A stretch of 64,000 nucleotides of DNA from the human T2T-CHM13v2.0 reference genome, Homo sapiens. How positions within the stretch are numbered: the first letter of the stretch is position 1; every line of letters begins with the position of its first letter. Location of the stretch: NCBI RefSeq assembly GCF_009914755.1, contig NC_060940.1, one strand, 5' to 3'. Below are positions 11,906 to 25,369 of this stretch, in pieces. The translations under genes were made by a program, and so were the position numbers. The notes below the pieces were generated by a model. It was not told the DNA's origin. It was given only the letters and a program-made list of their open reading frames with translations, and made no database searches.

Positions 11906-13477
11906 GACATAAGAATAGAAGTAATGGATTGCTACAGGCTCTTTTGGAAGGGGGTTGCCTAATTATAATTTTATCATCTTCCAGCCTGCTCCTTTTTTCT
12001 AGATTTTGGCATCTGTATGAGCAGCCTTGGACTCTTGCCGGGGTTTTTAGGAATTTACCTTAAGGAGAATGTCTTGAAAAGGCCAACGGGGCTTTCCACA
12101 TGTGTCCTGGTCAGATGTCAGAGCCAGCGGGGAGAATCTGCTGATTGCCAGCTTCTCTCTGCACAGCAGAGCCCAGTGTGTCCGCGTCGGCATCTGAGGT
12201 CACCCCCAAACTCGTCTGGCACCCAATTAAATCAACGCCCAGCCCCATGTGGAAGCTCGAAGAACGTGAACTAATAACAATAAATAGCTATTTGGTTACT
12301 TTTTACAGACACATTTGGACTGCATTTCAGGCGATTTTATGAGCAAATGCTATTTTGAGCGTTCCCAAATTCCCAAATTGCACGTGAAACATCCGCAGGG
12401 CGAACATGAGGAGTTTTAAGCTCACAGATCTTGGACATAAATCTCAGGCTGTCCCAAGACCCAGGCAAGACTGGTGCAGCCACTGAAGTGCCCTCCTGGA
12501 AGGTTAGATGGTGCCCAGCTGACACTTGCCCTCAGGCACAACTGGGGAAGAGGCCAGGTCTAAGAAAAGAGCCCTGCAGAAAGAAAGGGCAGGAGAATAG
12601 AGGGGTGGTGAGATGGTGGGGAGGCAGTGGGGGGCGGCTGTGGGGTTCACCTGCTCTAGGGAACCCCCTCCCAATAGGTGGGGGCTGTTGTTGATCATAA
12701 CTCTTCCCCACCCTAATTTAGGGTTGCCTTGTCCCAAGTGGGCACAGGTGGGCTTCCCACCATCATCTTCCCTCCAGATCTGCAGCCCACCTGAGCCTCA
12801 TCCAGGGCTACCAGGTGCCCCTACCTCCAGGGGCCACAGACACAGGGCACTTTTTCTAGTTCCCCTTCCTGCCCTAGAATGTTGACAACACGTGCTGTCC
12901 CTCCACCTGGAAAGCTCTGCCGGCCTCTGCCCTCCCCTCCTCACCCATCAGCTTCCTCTTCCCCCGGTGCCAACTCACTGTCACCTCCCCGGGGAAGTGC
13001 CCCTGACCGCCAGGCAAGTTCTCTGGGTGACTTGCCCCCCAGCATCACAAGTGTCTCCTTCATTTGCATGATTCATTGACTATCTAACAGGGATCCTCAT
13101 GTGTCCCACTCACCATCCCCAGCACCTAAGTGGGACCTGGCTCCTGGCAGGCTCCTGGAAATAACTCATGCCTAAGCAAAATCCTCCACTCCTGCTCCTA
13201 GCTGCCAGAGAGTCCAGGCAGACCCACGTGGCAGCTGGGGAGTTGGGCTGAAGCCAGGAGGAGCTGAGTCTGCAGTTTAATCCTGGGATACTCTGAATCA
13301 CTCATCCATTTATCCATTTGTTCAAAACCTACTATCTGCCCAGCACTATGCTCAACCTGAAGATATGGAGATGAACAAGGCAACCTCTCAGTCTAGCTGG
13401 GAAAACTTGTATATCACACAGATGACTGTTAAAAGATGACTCCCAAGGAAGTAAGTTTGTGATGAATATGGGAGGAG

Positions 13478-13796
13478 TCAATTCCTTATCCTAGGAATAC
13501 AGAATTGATCCCAGGTCCCCCTCAGATACCAGAATCTGCAGATGCTCAAGTCCCTGTGTAGTACAGCATAGTGTTTGCATATAACCAATGCACAGCTTCC
13601 CATATACTTCAAACCATCTGTAGGTTACTTGTAATACCTAATACAATGTAAATGGTAGGTGCACAGTTGTTATACTGTATTTTTGTTTGTATTATTTTTA
13701 TTGTTGCACTGTTACTTCTATTGGGTTTGATTTTGGAATATTTTCAATCTGAGGTTGGTTGAAACTGTGGATGTGAAACTGTGGATGCCGTACTGT
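13478..13796 (+). mobile_element. MER2 (TcMar-Tigger)
   Basis: GATGCTCAAGTCCCT, TTTGCATATAACC, TAATACCTAATACAATGTAAATG, GGTTGGTTGAA. Confidence 0.8.
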
Positions 13797-13809
13797 GAGG
13801 CACAGCTCT

Positions 13810-14550
13810 TCTGCTAGTTATCAGCTTCCTTCCTTATTGACACAATCCACATCCCATAACAGGTACTGACATCTGCTAGAGGCACTCACTTTCCCAACAT
13901 GCCTTGCAGCTAAGAATTGCCCCATGGATCCAGTTCTGAACTCAAGGGGAGCTCCACAGGGAGTCTCTGGGAAAGAGCTTCTTCTGGGAAAGTGCTTTCT
14001 CCCCAGTGAAGAGATTCCTGGGACAAGAGTCCCCCCTGCAACCCTGTCTCTGGGTCTTACTGTGTGAGAAGGCGGGGCCTGGCGTTGGAGCCCGCATTTC
14101 ATAAAGTCAAGCCACACAGAGGCCAGGGAACTGGAAGGCAGGAGGTGCTGCCTCCTGATGCTGCTGCTGAGCCACACCTGTAATCCCCCTGCCTGCAAAA
14201 TCTGCCTGCCTGCAGAATCCCCCACCTGCAGAATCCCCCTGCCTGCAGAATTCCCCTGCCTGAAGAATCACCCTGCCTGCAGAATCACCCTGCCTGCAGA
14301 ATCCGCCGCCTGCAGAATCCGCCTGCCTGCAGAATCCCCCGCCTGCAGAATCCGCCTGCCTGCAGAATCCCCCGCCTGCAGAATCCGCCTGCCTGCAGAA
14401 TCCCCCGCCTGCAGAATCCGCCTGCCTGCAGAATCCCCCTGCCTGCAGAATCCTCCTGCCTGCAGACTTCTGTGGAGCCACTCAAGGCCATCATTGCTTA
14501 CACCACTCTCGCTCAGGCATTTTATTATTTACAGCCAGGAGCAGCTGAGC
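13810..14550 (+). mobile_element. Old MLT1 (J/H-like) LTR containing a minisatellite
   Basis: TTTCCCAACATGCCTTGCAGCTA, TCTGGGAAAG, CCTGATG..TGAGCCAC, CAGACTTCT. Confidence 0.5.
14177..14467 (+). repeat. 16/17-bp minisatellite, ~17 copies, with a 33-bp higher-order dimer
   Basis: CCTGCAGAATCCGCCTG alternating with CCTGCAGAATCCCCCG in the centre. Confidence 0.95.
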
Positions 14551-15154
14551 CACTGCAACCTTACTGTTCCATCCCATTCTCTTGGAATCTTGCCCCCAGG
14601 AATGTGGGGTTGCCAAATGAGGCATTACTGGGAATGCCAGAGGGCCCAGGGGGCCTCCCGGAGAGCTGCCCGTGGGCAAATCTTCTCAAAACTTCCAGGA
14701 TTCTCCACAACCCTCTGGGAGTCCCCAGAGCTTCCCGGAGCTCTGCCACTTATTAGCTGCCCAGCACTGAGCAACTTAGCCGACCCACTGTGACTCAGTT
14801 TCCTCTGTAGAAAAGAGGAAGAAAACACCCTAGTCTGGATGAAATAAACAAGGAAATGTGAGTGCCCGCCCTCCCTTCGCCCCTCCCAGGTCTTTTTCTT
14901 TGTGCTCACCCCACTTAGTATTCCCAGTTCTCCCTCCTCCAGACACCCAGTAACTTCACCCTCAATGCCCTTCTCAGACCCTGGACTGTCAGATCCGCCA
15001 GGGAAGGGCCTGTCTCAACTGTCTTTACTCCAAGTGTGCACCTCGCAGAGGTTAGTACATATTTGACCAACGAACGGCCATCCTCTCCCAGGAAAAGAGC
15101 CTCCTCGTCTCACGGGGACTTCCCGGACACCAAAGCCCCGAAGATCTGGGGGCC

Positions 15155-15430
15155 GCACTGTCCAGGACAGCACCTCAGGCCGCACACAGCTTCTGAGCAC
15201 TTGAAACAAAGATACCGGAGTATAAAATACATGCTGGACACCAGATTTCAAAGGCAGAGAAAGAAAAGAATGGAAGGTATGATATGAATAATATTTACAT
15301 TGATTACATATTGGTATGATATACTGATACATTGGGTTGCATAAAATGCATTACTAAAATTAATTTCACGTGATTCTTTTTACTGGCTCACATTGCATCA
15401 CTTGTGGGATATATGCATGCAGCGGTGCTG
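15155..15430. mobile_element. MER33 (hAT-Charlie)
   Basis: CACCAGATTTCAAAG, ATTGATTACATATTG, TAAAATTAATTTCAC. Confidence 0.7.
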
Positions 15431-15682
15431 ATGCCAGGGCCCTGCCTCCCTCGACTCCACCGCCGGCCTCACTACCCTCCCCCAGGCTCCAGCCACACTG
15501 GCCTTGTCTCTGCCTCCCCAGATCTTCCCTGACGACCCTGATTAAGGTCCTCCTCTCTCTGCCCCATTTGCTCCAGTCCATCTTGTTCCCAGTATGTATC
15601 ACAATCAGAAAGTGTTAGCAGGGTTTGTTTATTTATTTATTTTCATGCCTGGCTCATTTTTAATTGGCAAAAAGCATATGTA

Positions 15683-16396
<714 letters not shown>

Positions 16397-16831
16397 TTAA
16401 ATAAAGTAATGAAGAACTGAGTGAAGGAACATATGGTCTTGGGGTGCAGTGGATGAGGACGCTACAGCAAGGCAATCTGGCCTCAGGCCAGCACCATGGG
16501 GTCCTGTTCACCTCAAATGTTGGTTTATTGCCTGAAGCATTGTGCAAAAGTCTGAAGTGTAAACGGCTTTCATGGCAAACTTCAAAGTATCGGCACACCC
16601 ATCATCCTGCCATCTTTATTTCATTCTCATTTGTACGTTCCCATTCTGCCATTTTCTATTTCTATACACACTTCTCATAATTGCAATTGTACATCTTTTA
16701 CTGGCTTTTAAATTTTAACATTGCATCTTTTACATTTTTTTCAAGTTTCTATAGGATCTTAAATTGGCTGCTAAATGTTGAATCATATTTCGCTTTTTCA
16801 AAATTTGTGAATCATATTCTTTATTATAGAA

Positions 16832-17084
16832 CAGGGGTCTATGGGCCAAATCTTGCCTGCTGCCTGTTTTTGTAAATAAAGTTTTATTGGAACATAGGCA
16901 CTCTCCTTGCTTCCTTACTGTCTGTGGCTGTGTTTGTGTTACAATGGCAGAGCTGGGGAGCTGTGACAGACACTGCCTGTGTGTGGTCTGCAAAGCCAGA
17001 AGTGCTTACTATCTTTGCCTTTGGCTGGGCACGGTGACTCACACCTGTAATCTTTGCCTTTAAGAAGAAATTAGCCCTCCCCCA
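16832..17084 (+). mobile_element. MER58A (hAT-Charlie)
   Basis: CAGGGGT..GGGCCAAATC..CCTGTTTTTGTAAATAAAGTTTTATTGGAACA. Confidence 0.85.
17023..17049 (+). mobile_element. 27-bp Alu 5'-head remnant between 12-bp direct repeats
   Basis: ATCTTTGCCTTT|GGCTGGGCACGGTGACTCACACCTGTA|ATCTTTGCCTTT. Confidence 0.8.
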
Positions 17085-18629
17085 TTCTAGAACATTTAGA
17101 TACTTCCAGATATTGGCAATTAGATTACCTGGCAGTGAACATCTATCTTTGTACATTTGATTTTTAACTTTTAATACCACCTGTCCTCTGTATAAAATCT
17201 TAGGAATAGAATCAGTTGCCTGAAGAGAACCAACATTTTTTGTAATGCTTTACGCTCATGTTCTGTGAAATTTACCAGGCTACCAAGAGTCAGTGAATGC
17301 TCTAGTTTCACTGCAATCAGATGAGCAAGGAATGTTAATGTTTAGAATGTCAGGGGTTACTATGGGAAGTACAGAAATGATACTCGAGGGCTTCTTTAAT
17401 TTCATTATCTTCAATATTTAGTGACCAGATTTATATTTTGGGAGTGGTTTGCTTCCCCAAAAGTCCAATAGCAAAGTTACAGTGAACTTTGTTTTAAAGG
17501 GATATTCAACCACCTTAACTTGTTGTAAAAAGCCTCTTCCCAGAGAAAAGGGTTTCTTTTGCTAAGGGAATTAACCTCTGGGGACAGCGTTTTCGGTGGG
17601 ATGTACCTCTTTGGGGTCAGGGAAGACTAACAAGAAGAGAGTCTCAAAACCACCTGCCTTGCAAACGTGGGATGTTCCCCAGCCTGTTGCTCATTACCTC
17701 CCTGGGAAATCCAGGAAGAACATGACTGCAGCTCTAACCGGACCCCACTCAGGCTTCAGGTCAGAGCCAAGTCTCCCTGGGGAACTGCGGGTTGACCAGG
17801 TGGCTCTGAGAGTCGGGCTACTACACTGTTGAGGCTGTTGCAGGGTGGCCCCTGGAGCAGTGCGTGCCTCTGCGTTCCCATGGCCTTTCTAGAGCAGATA
17901 GCTGCTTTCTGAGAGGCTGACAACTCCATGTCAGCCAAGGACCCCTAGGCAAAGGAGAAGAAAAATTTTACAGTTTGTTTATGCTGTTTCTCCAGCTGAC
18001 CAGGAAGACATTGTCAACTGTCAGTCAGCCCCCCGGTCCTCCACCCAGCCTCTACTCTGTGTGCCACCCACTTGCCCTGCACCTCCAGGTACAAGACAAA
18101 GGAAATCTCTCCCCCGGGCATGATATTGTACAAGAGAGTGTATATTGAAATAGACTAAATCAGGACTCCTTATAATCATGGCCAACACGGCCCTTCACGC
18201 TCCACCCCAGCAGCTTTCAATCCCAGCGGCTCATTAGAACTCCCTTTGGGGGGCTTTGAAAAAACACAGAATTTTACCTGGGGTGGGGGGTCCTACTCCA
18301 TGTAGTGTGGAGTCATGGATCTCGTGTGACTCCCAAAGGAGATTGTAACCTGCACCCAGGGCGGAGCACCTCTAGTCCCTGCTTGACTCCCCAGCTCCTT
18401 GTCTTGGCATCTTCACCCCCTTCACACCCTTTGCCTTTCCTGCCCCAATCCTCCAGCCACCCCGAGTTCTTGCAGATGCCCCAGGGGTCTCATGTTTCCT
18501 TTTATCTACATGTAGGACTCCTCCAAATGCAATGCTCTCTCCAGCCCTTTTCCACCAACCAAGTCTGACTCACCCATCAGAACAAACATCAAATAGGACT
18601 ACAGATGCAAGAGTAGATTAAACATTGCC

Positions 18630-18850
18630 CAGGTTTCAGAGGCTGCATACCTGGGTTCTCATCTTGACTCTAGGACTTAATGGCTGTCAGATTCGAGGCA
18701 AACTTTGAACCCTCTCAACCCACTTTCTTATCCATAGAATGGAAATAATAATGCTGAATTGGCCGGATTGTTGTGAAGGCTGCAGGTGATATGTGTGAGT
18801 CATGGTGGCCCAAATATGAGCAATACATCCCAATAAATGCTAGGTTTTAA
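18630..18850 (+). mobile_element. MIR
   Basis: CCTGGGTTC..ATAGAATGGAAATAATAAT..GATTGTTGTGAAG. Confidence 0.65.
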
Positions 18851-19265
18851 AAAAAGCATTATTGTTATTGCTAAAACATTTGCCCTTTAGAGGGAATCTA
18901 GCCCAACATGCTTCTAGAAAGGGTCTTTGAACAATGCCTGCTTTTTGCCTCTTTAAAGACATTTATATGTGACTCCTGTCTTGAGCATCTTTAGGGACAG
19001 CAAACCTTTATCTTCAGAAGCAGGTTTGGATTTTAAAATAGTCTTACAGAGCCAGCCCTGATGATTCATTGATATAACAAGCATGGCTTGCTTCCCCAGT
19101 AAATAAACGAAACCAATTTCACCATTTGATTCTGTAATCCCTGGGTGTATCTGAAAGTCTCCATTGTCAAAGACCAATCAAATATTGAGGGTGCCTTTGT
19201 GGACTGCGGTTTTCTATCTGTTTGTTTATTTAACAAGTGTCTGCTAATCTTTAGCAGGAGGCTGG

Positions 19266-19892
19266 GGATGGATGTAAGGATGGATGGATGAATGGATGGA
19301 TGGATGGATGGATGAATGGATGGATGAATGGATGGATGGATGAATGAATGGATGGATGGATGGATGAATGGATGGATGGATGGATGAATGGATGGATGGA
19401 TGAATGAATGGATGGATGAATGGATGGATGGATGGATGAATGGATGGATGAATGGATGGATGGATGAATGGATGGATGAATGAATGGATGGATGAATAGA
19501 TGAATGAATGGATGGATGAATGGATGGATGGATGGATGGATGGATGGATGGATGGATGGATGGATGAATGGATGGATGAATGAATGGATGGATGAATGGA
19601 TGGATGGATGGATGGATGGATGGATGGATGGATGAATGAAAGGATGGATGAATGAATGGATGGATGAATGGATGGATGGATGGATGAATGGATGGATGGA
19701 TGGATGAATGGATGGATGGATGGATGAATGAATGGATGGATGAATGAATGGATGGATGAATGGATGGATGGATGGATGGATGGATGGATGGATGAATGGA
19801 TGGATGAATGGATGGATGGATGGATGGATGGATGGATGGATGGATGAATGGATGAATGAATGGATGGATGGATGGATGGATGGATGGATGGA
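19266..19892. repeat. Long (GGAT/GAAT)n tetranucleotide array
   Basis: ~625 bp of TGGA with TGAA interruptions. Confidence 0.98.
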
Positions 19893-20025
19893 GAGACGGA
19901 GATAGAAATAGATAATAGAGATAGACAAATGATAGAGATGGATACATAGATGATATAGACAGATGATAGAGATAGATGATAGATTAGATAGATAGATAGA
20001 TAGATAGATAGATTGATAGATAGAT
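19893..20025. repeat. Degenerate (GATA)n
   Basis: Directly adjoins the GGAT array. Confidence 0.9.
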
Positions 20026-21857
20026 GTTAAATACATGATGCAAAACCACTTGATGTTATTAGGGACATTCATTATAATCAAAGAGCATCATAAGTCTAAT
20101 GACTAAAGACTTACGATGTAAATTGTGTTAAGAGCTATTGAGGACAATAACCTCACTTAAGCATAAATGAGTACAATTATTGTGTCAATTAAAAGAAGAA
20201 ATTGAGTTAAAAACAAGCAAAGCTTTACCTGAGACTGCAAATGATAACTGAAACCTGGTCTTCTCATTGGCAAATTAAGTAGTCATTAGTAGATAAACTT
20301 AAGTTAGGGCACAGACATGTGGAGTTGGTCACCCTCACACGTGGACACATCCCACTGGTGAGGTCCTGAATCTCACACCTGAACGCAGTCAAAAGTTGGA
20401 GATGTGACTCTCCTACCAGTGCCCAGCCAACAGGTGAGATGGTGACTCATTTCTGGACCCAGTTCACAGGCGCTATGATGATTCTCATGCCTGGAACCAA
20501 CCAATAGGCCAATTAAAACATCTTTAATTGCATGAATGTGAGAGTCTCTGCTCCCAACATATGACAGGGTGTCTGTGGGTTCAAATGATGACGCCTGCTA
20601 TCCCGGATGCCAGCACTAGAACGTTGTCTTATGATCATCTGTACCCTCCTGCCTGTTGGGGGATCATGGACCCCTAGAGTCAGGGGTCACATCCTGTCCA
20701 TCTCTATCCCAACACTGGCCATGAGAGGCCTTAGTCGATCCCAACAGGCCTGGGTCCAACCGCTCTCCAGTCTCCTAACTTCCCTAGACCTCATCTATTC
20801 CGATCAAAAGATAGGAACAACAATGTTTCTGGGAGAATTAATTGAACCCGTGTGTGTTTCACACTTGTATGGCACCTATGGGTGCAAACAGCTCAGTGTA
20901 CATTAAGGAAATACCATTCTCCTCCTCCCCATCATCTCTAGCTTCTACTATGTACTTTCCATGTGTTGGAAACTAAGCGATTTTGTGAAAATCAAAATCC
21001 CACAGAGCCTCCCATGCACAGTGAGGGCACTATGATCCTTACTCCCTTTGTTCCAAGAAGCAGACGGAGGCACAGAGAGAGGAAGTTGCTAGAGGCTGAC
21101 CCAGGCAGGAAGTGGCAGAGGCAGGATTTGAACCCAAGCATCTGGTCCCAGAGCCTGGGTTCTGAACCCTAGTAATGTGGGCCTCTCTGAATGTAGAATG
21201 CCTGTTGAAAACTAGTTGAAAACATGCCATTGGATGTACTTAGGCACAAAAATGTTATTTACACGCCTGAATAAAATTAGAAGATTTCACAGTTAATTTA
21301 GCACATTGGACCATTACGTTGGATAATTCGAATCAGCTATTCCATTTGATCTTTTCTCAAATTGGCTGATGCTATTATTACTATGGCTAAAAATGAAGAG
21401 GAAACCCTTCCTGTGCTGTCTCGTAGCCAAGTCAGCTAACGATTTTCTAATATCTGTCATTGTGAACTGGAAAATGTGTCCTAATCTCTGTGAAAGTTTC
21501 CAAGTAAGATCTTTATCACCAAACACACAGAAGGGATGGAGATAAACAGCCCAGTTCACCCCAAACGCCTTTTTCTGTTGTGTTTTGAGAACATGCATGA
21601 TTTATTTCATTTGCAGTTGAGCATTTTGGGTGGCGGCTGTCCCTGTTTTCTGTTTTCCCTTTCCACGGCTTGGCATTTATTCTACGTGGGAGAAGCATGG
21701 GGTGCAGAGCGGTGGCACTGGGACTGCGTGCCGATCCCTGAGGCCTGTTCCCATGAGTAAACCAGCTCTTTTGGCCCTAGAGCCCAGCTTCCTGGGGAAT
21801 ATCCCAGAACAGTGACTGCAAGGTTCAATGGTGCACCAAAGTCAGGCACCTGCACAA

Positions 21858-22150
21858 GGAGGCCGTGGGCGGGTTCCCCCATCCTAAAGCTTTAGGAGAC
21901 CATGGGTGGGTTCCCCGTCCTAAAGCTTCAGGAGGCTGTGGGCGGGTTCCCCATCCTAAAGCTTTAGGAGGTCGTGGGCGGGTTCCCCATCCTAATGCTT
22001 TAGGAGGCCGTGGGCGGGTTCCCCATCCTAATGCTTTAGGAGGCTATGGGCGGGTTCCCCCATCCTAAAGCTTTAGGAGGCCATGAGCGGGTTCCCCCAT
22101 CCTAATGCTTCAGGAGGCCATGGGTGGGTTCCCCATCCTAAAGCTTTAGG
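21858..22150 (+). repeat. 36/37-bp minisatellite x8
   Basis: GGAGGCCRTGGGYGGGTTCCCC(C)ATCCTAAWGCTTYA, head-to-tail, no spacers. Confidence 0.95.
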
Positions 22151-23384
22151 CGTGAGGTGCTCGCTGGGAAGGGACCATGCACTCCCCCACCTTCAGGGCG
22201 GGCAATTTGAACCACTAGAGTGGAGATGTAGGACGGACAGCAACCCAGTTAGATTTAAAGTCTAAAAAGTTTCAAACATTCCATTTTATGATATTATATA
22301 ATGTAAGGGAAAATAACTTTTCTCTGTATAACTTGAAAACACAGAGTAACATAGTGTTTTTGGCAGGTGGAGATTTTTAGGTGGGATCACAATGGTTAGT
22401 GAGGACATATTCTCCATAGCCCTTTGGGGGAGTGGATGTATAAATCACATATAATATGGGATGTATTTCTGCGTTTCTCAAAGGGGATATCTGTTTAAGA
22501 AGGTTAAGAAACATTTATTTGGAGAGTAAGCCAAAGAGTTAGTTAAGAAACCAGCTGCTTTACACGTATGCAATCATTCATGTATTTATTCAAAATGGAT
22601 GAACATCACACCAGCTGATTGCTCAGCACAGAGCCTGACCACATCTAAACTTCGGAAGTTTCAGCTCTGACTGTGGGTAGGTAGGTTGTAGCAAAGCATG
22701 GTTGGGGTGGGGCTTGTCCTAGCCAAGACCCTCCATGACCCGCATGTGCACAACCTTCCTTGTCTTTGGGACTGATACTCTCATTTCAGGAAGCTGTCAG
22801 TCTCCGACTTCTTGAGAAAGATCAGCGTGGCTGATAAGCCCTCCCTGGATGAGTGACAGAGCCACTTCTCGGCATTATCATGTTATCACCCATGCCTCCT
22901 GTGATTGCACAAATCCTCACAACCTCCCAGCTGCTCATGCTCATGGGTGTCATCTTTCTTCGCAACACCCCTCTCTCTGGCAGTGGGAGCATCTATTTAT
23001 AGACTTCCATGGATTTTGAGCGAAAGGATCATATTTTCTGGGCTCTGCCACTGGAGAGATGTACTCTCATCAAACTTTTTCTCTGTTACTGTTCTCTGAG
23101 GCCCACAGAAGTGAGGGGCATGCCCAGAGCCACCTGGTGAGTTAAGAGGGGGCCCCGCCCAGGCACCAGCCTCCTGTCCCCCTCCAGGGCTCCCTCCCAC
23201 CATGACATCAGGGCTCACACACTCATAGCCCTGGGTCAGGGGGCTGGGAGGGGGACATTGTGGATAACATGCCAAGTGGGAATTGGGGCTCAATGTTGCC
23301 AAGTTTATGAATTTGTAAAAGATGAAAATATTTTACCTAATACATAATTCCCCCATTTTTAAAAACACCAGGTTTCCAAAAATA

Positions 23385-24100
23385 CAAAACCTTAGTTGAA
23401 TCCAATCAAACAAACTCACATAGACGTGAAACTGCAAAATGCAAGTCCATACACTCTTCCAAAATGCCAATGAAGTAAAGACAAAGAAAGATGGAGGAAT
23501 GTTCCAGATTAAAGAAGACAAAGGAGATAGCCAAATGCAAGGTGTGCTTCCAGGTTGAAGCCTGGATGGGAAGGCAAAAGTTGCCCCAAAGCACAGCATC
23601 GGGACAAATGGTGATGTTTGAATAGGAAGACCAGCTAAGAGCACCCTGGTGCTGTGGCTATGTAGGAGAACGTCCTTGTCCTCAGGAGAACACAGATGTG
23701 TTCACAGCCGAGGGACACACCCTCCACAGGTTCCGTCAAAGAGTTCACCAAAAATAAACAAACAACGACAATGACGATGCTGATGGTGACAGAGAAGGAG
23801 CAAAGAGCAAGTGCAGTAAATGTCAGCCACAGGTGAGCCCAGCCACAGGAGTAATGCCAGCCGCAGGTGAGCCCAGCCGCAGGTGAGCCCAGCTGCAGGG
23901 GAGGTCAGCAACAGGAGTAATGCCAGCCACAGGTGAGCCCAGCCGCAGGTGAGCCCAGCTGCAGGGGAGTTCAGCGACAGGAGTAATGCCAGCGACAGGT
24001 GAGATCAGCCAAAGGAATATAGCAGGCCATTGTAATATTTGACCATTTTTCTACAAGTTCACATTTTTGAAAATAAAAAATTTAATAAAAGCAAATAAAA
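23385..24100 (+). mobile_element. L1MC4/5-like 3' end with internal minisatellite
   Basis: GTTCCAGATTAAAGAAGAC, GTAGGAGAACGTCCTTGT, TTTTTGAAAATAAAAAATT. Confidence 0.7.
23824..24010 (+). repeat. 16/18-bp minisatellite with a 66-bp higher-order unit
   Basis: CAGCCRCAGGTGAGCC / CAGCNACAGGAGTAATGC / CAGCTGCAGGGGAGKT units. Confidence 0.9.
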
Positions 24101-24937
24101 CAGGGAAAAATACAGCCAGGGGAGCCATGCCAAGCCTCCCTGCCCATCTGCCCCTCTCATGGGCTGCCCCCAGGATGGAGGCTGCCCCTGTAACACAGCG
24201 CCCATCGGTGAAAGGGTTTCAGGTGATTCACCGAGCAGTCCAATCTCATTCATAGGCACGGGTACCAAGACTACTTCGAGCTCCCGACTGCCAGGGCATG
24301 CAGAGAAGAACAAATCAGACGCAGCTCCTGTCCTCGTGGGACTCACAGTCTAGACGCATTCAGATCAGAGCACAAGCAAACTCCGCCCTGCGCAAAGGCA
24401 CCGACTGCGCATGTGCTGAAGGGAACAGCCGGCAGCAGCAGCAGCCAGGGCAAGAGGCACAGGGGAGCAAAGCCAGGACAGGGAAGCCCACCCTGATGGG
24501 CTCCAAGAACTCAGGACAACGGTTCCAGGCAGCAGCCACCACCCCGCCACACGATGAGGACCAGAGGCCCGCGTGCCAGGCACCATGAGGTACAGCTAGA
24601 GGGTGCAGGGTGAGGTCCGGGAGCTACGTGGTGCCGGCCTGGAAGGTCACACTACAGGTATGGATCTTATTCTGATGGAGTAGGGCCTGCGTCCACCCCC
24701 GACCCTCTCCCTCTGTGCTGTCCAAAGCCTGCAGCTGATGATGAGATCAAGAGCAGAGCCCTCTGACGTCGTGCTTGCTGCCTGTCCAACACAGCTCTAA
24801 GCACGCAACGTCTCTGAGCCAATTCAGTCCCCACATTAGCCCAGTCAGGAAGATGTGACTATTATCCCCATTTCACAGATGGAAAAACTGAGACAATGTG
24901 AAATCAATGTGAAAAGGGCCCTTGTGGTAAACAGCTC

Positions 24938-25369
24938 TGTACCGGGTTGAATTGTGTCACCCGCATAGTTATGCTCAAGTCCTAACCCTGGGCACATGTG
25001 AGGGAGACCTTATCTGGCAGCAGTGTCTTTGCAGATATAATTGGGTCAAGATGTGCTCATATGGGGTGAGAGTGGACCTAATCCAACGGGACTGGTGCCT
25101 TCATAGGAAGAGGGAAATTTGGACACAGACACACACACAGTGAAGACGGCAGAGGCCGCAGTAATGCACCTCGGAGTCAAGGAATCCCAAGAAGAGCCAG
25201 GGACACTGGAAGCTGGAAGAGGCAGGAAGCGTCCTGCCCTGGAGCCCTCAGAGGGAGCACAGCCCTGCCCGCATCTCGATGGCAGACTCCCGATTCTGCT
25301 GCTGTAAGCCCCACCGTTTGCGGTCATTCGTTATGTGGTCATTTGTTAGTGGCCCCGGACGTGAATATC
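24938..25369 (+). mobile_element. MLT1C-like solo LTR
   Basis: TGTACCGGGTTGAATTGTGTC..TCTTTGCAGATATAATT..GAAGCTGGAAGAGGCAGGAAG; AGCTC on both flanks. Confidence 0.8.

Noticed and set aside
14158-14793. 211-aa ORF with ACRIRLPAESP repeats
   Set aside because: 33-bp minisatellite period inside an LTR; no evidence of coding
19066-20081. 293- and 276-aa HPSI-repeat ORFs
   Set aside because: Translation of (ATCC)n, which contains no stop codons
21858-22150. CRISPR-like 36/37-bp palindromic repeats
   Set aside because: Units are contiguous with no unique spacers, there are no cas genes, and the DNA is primate
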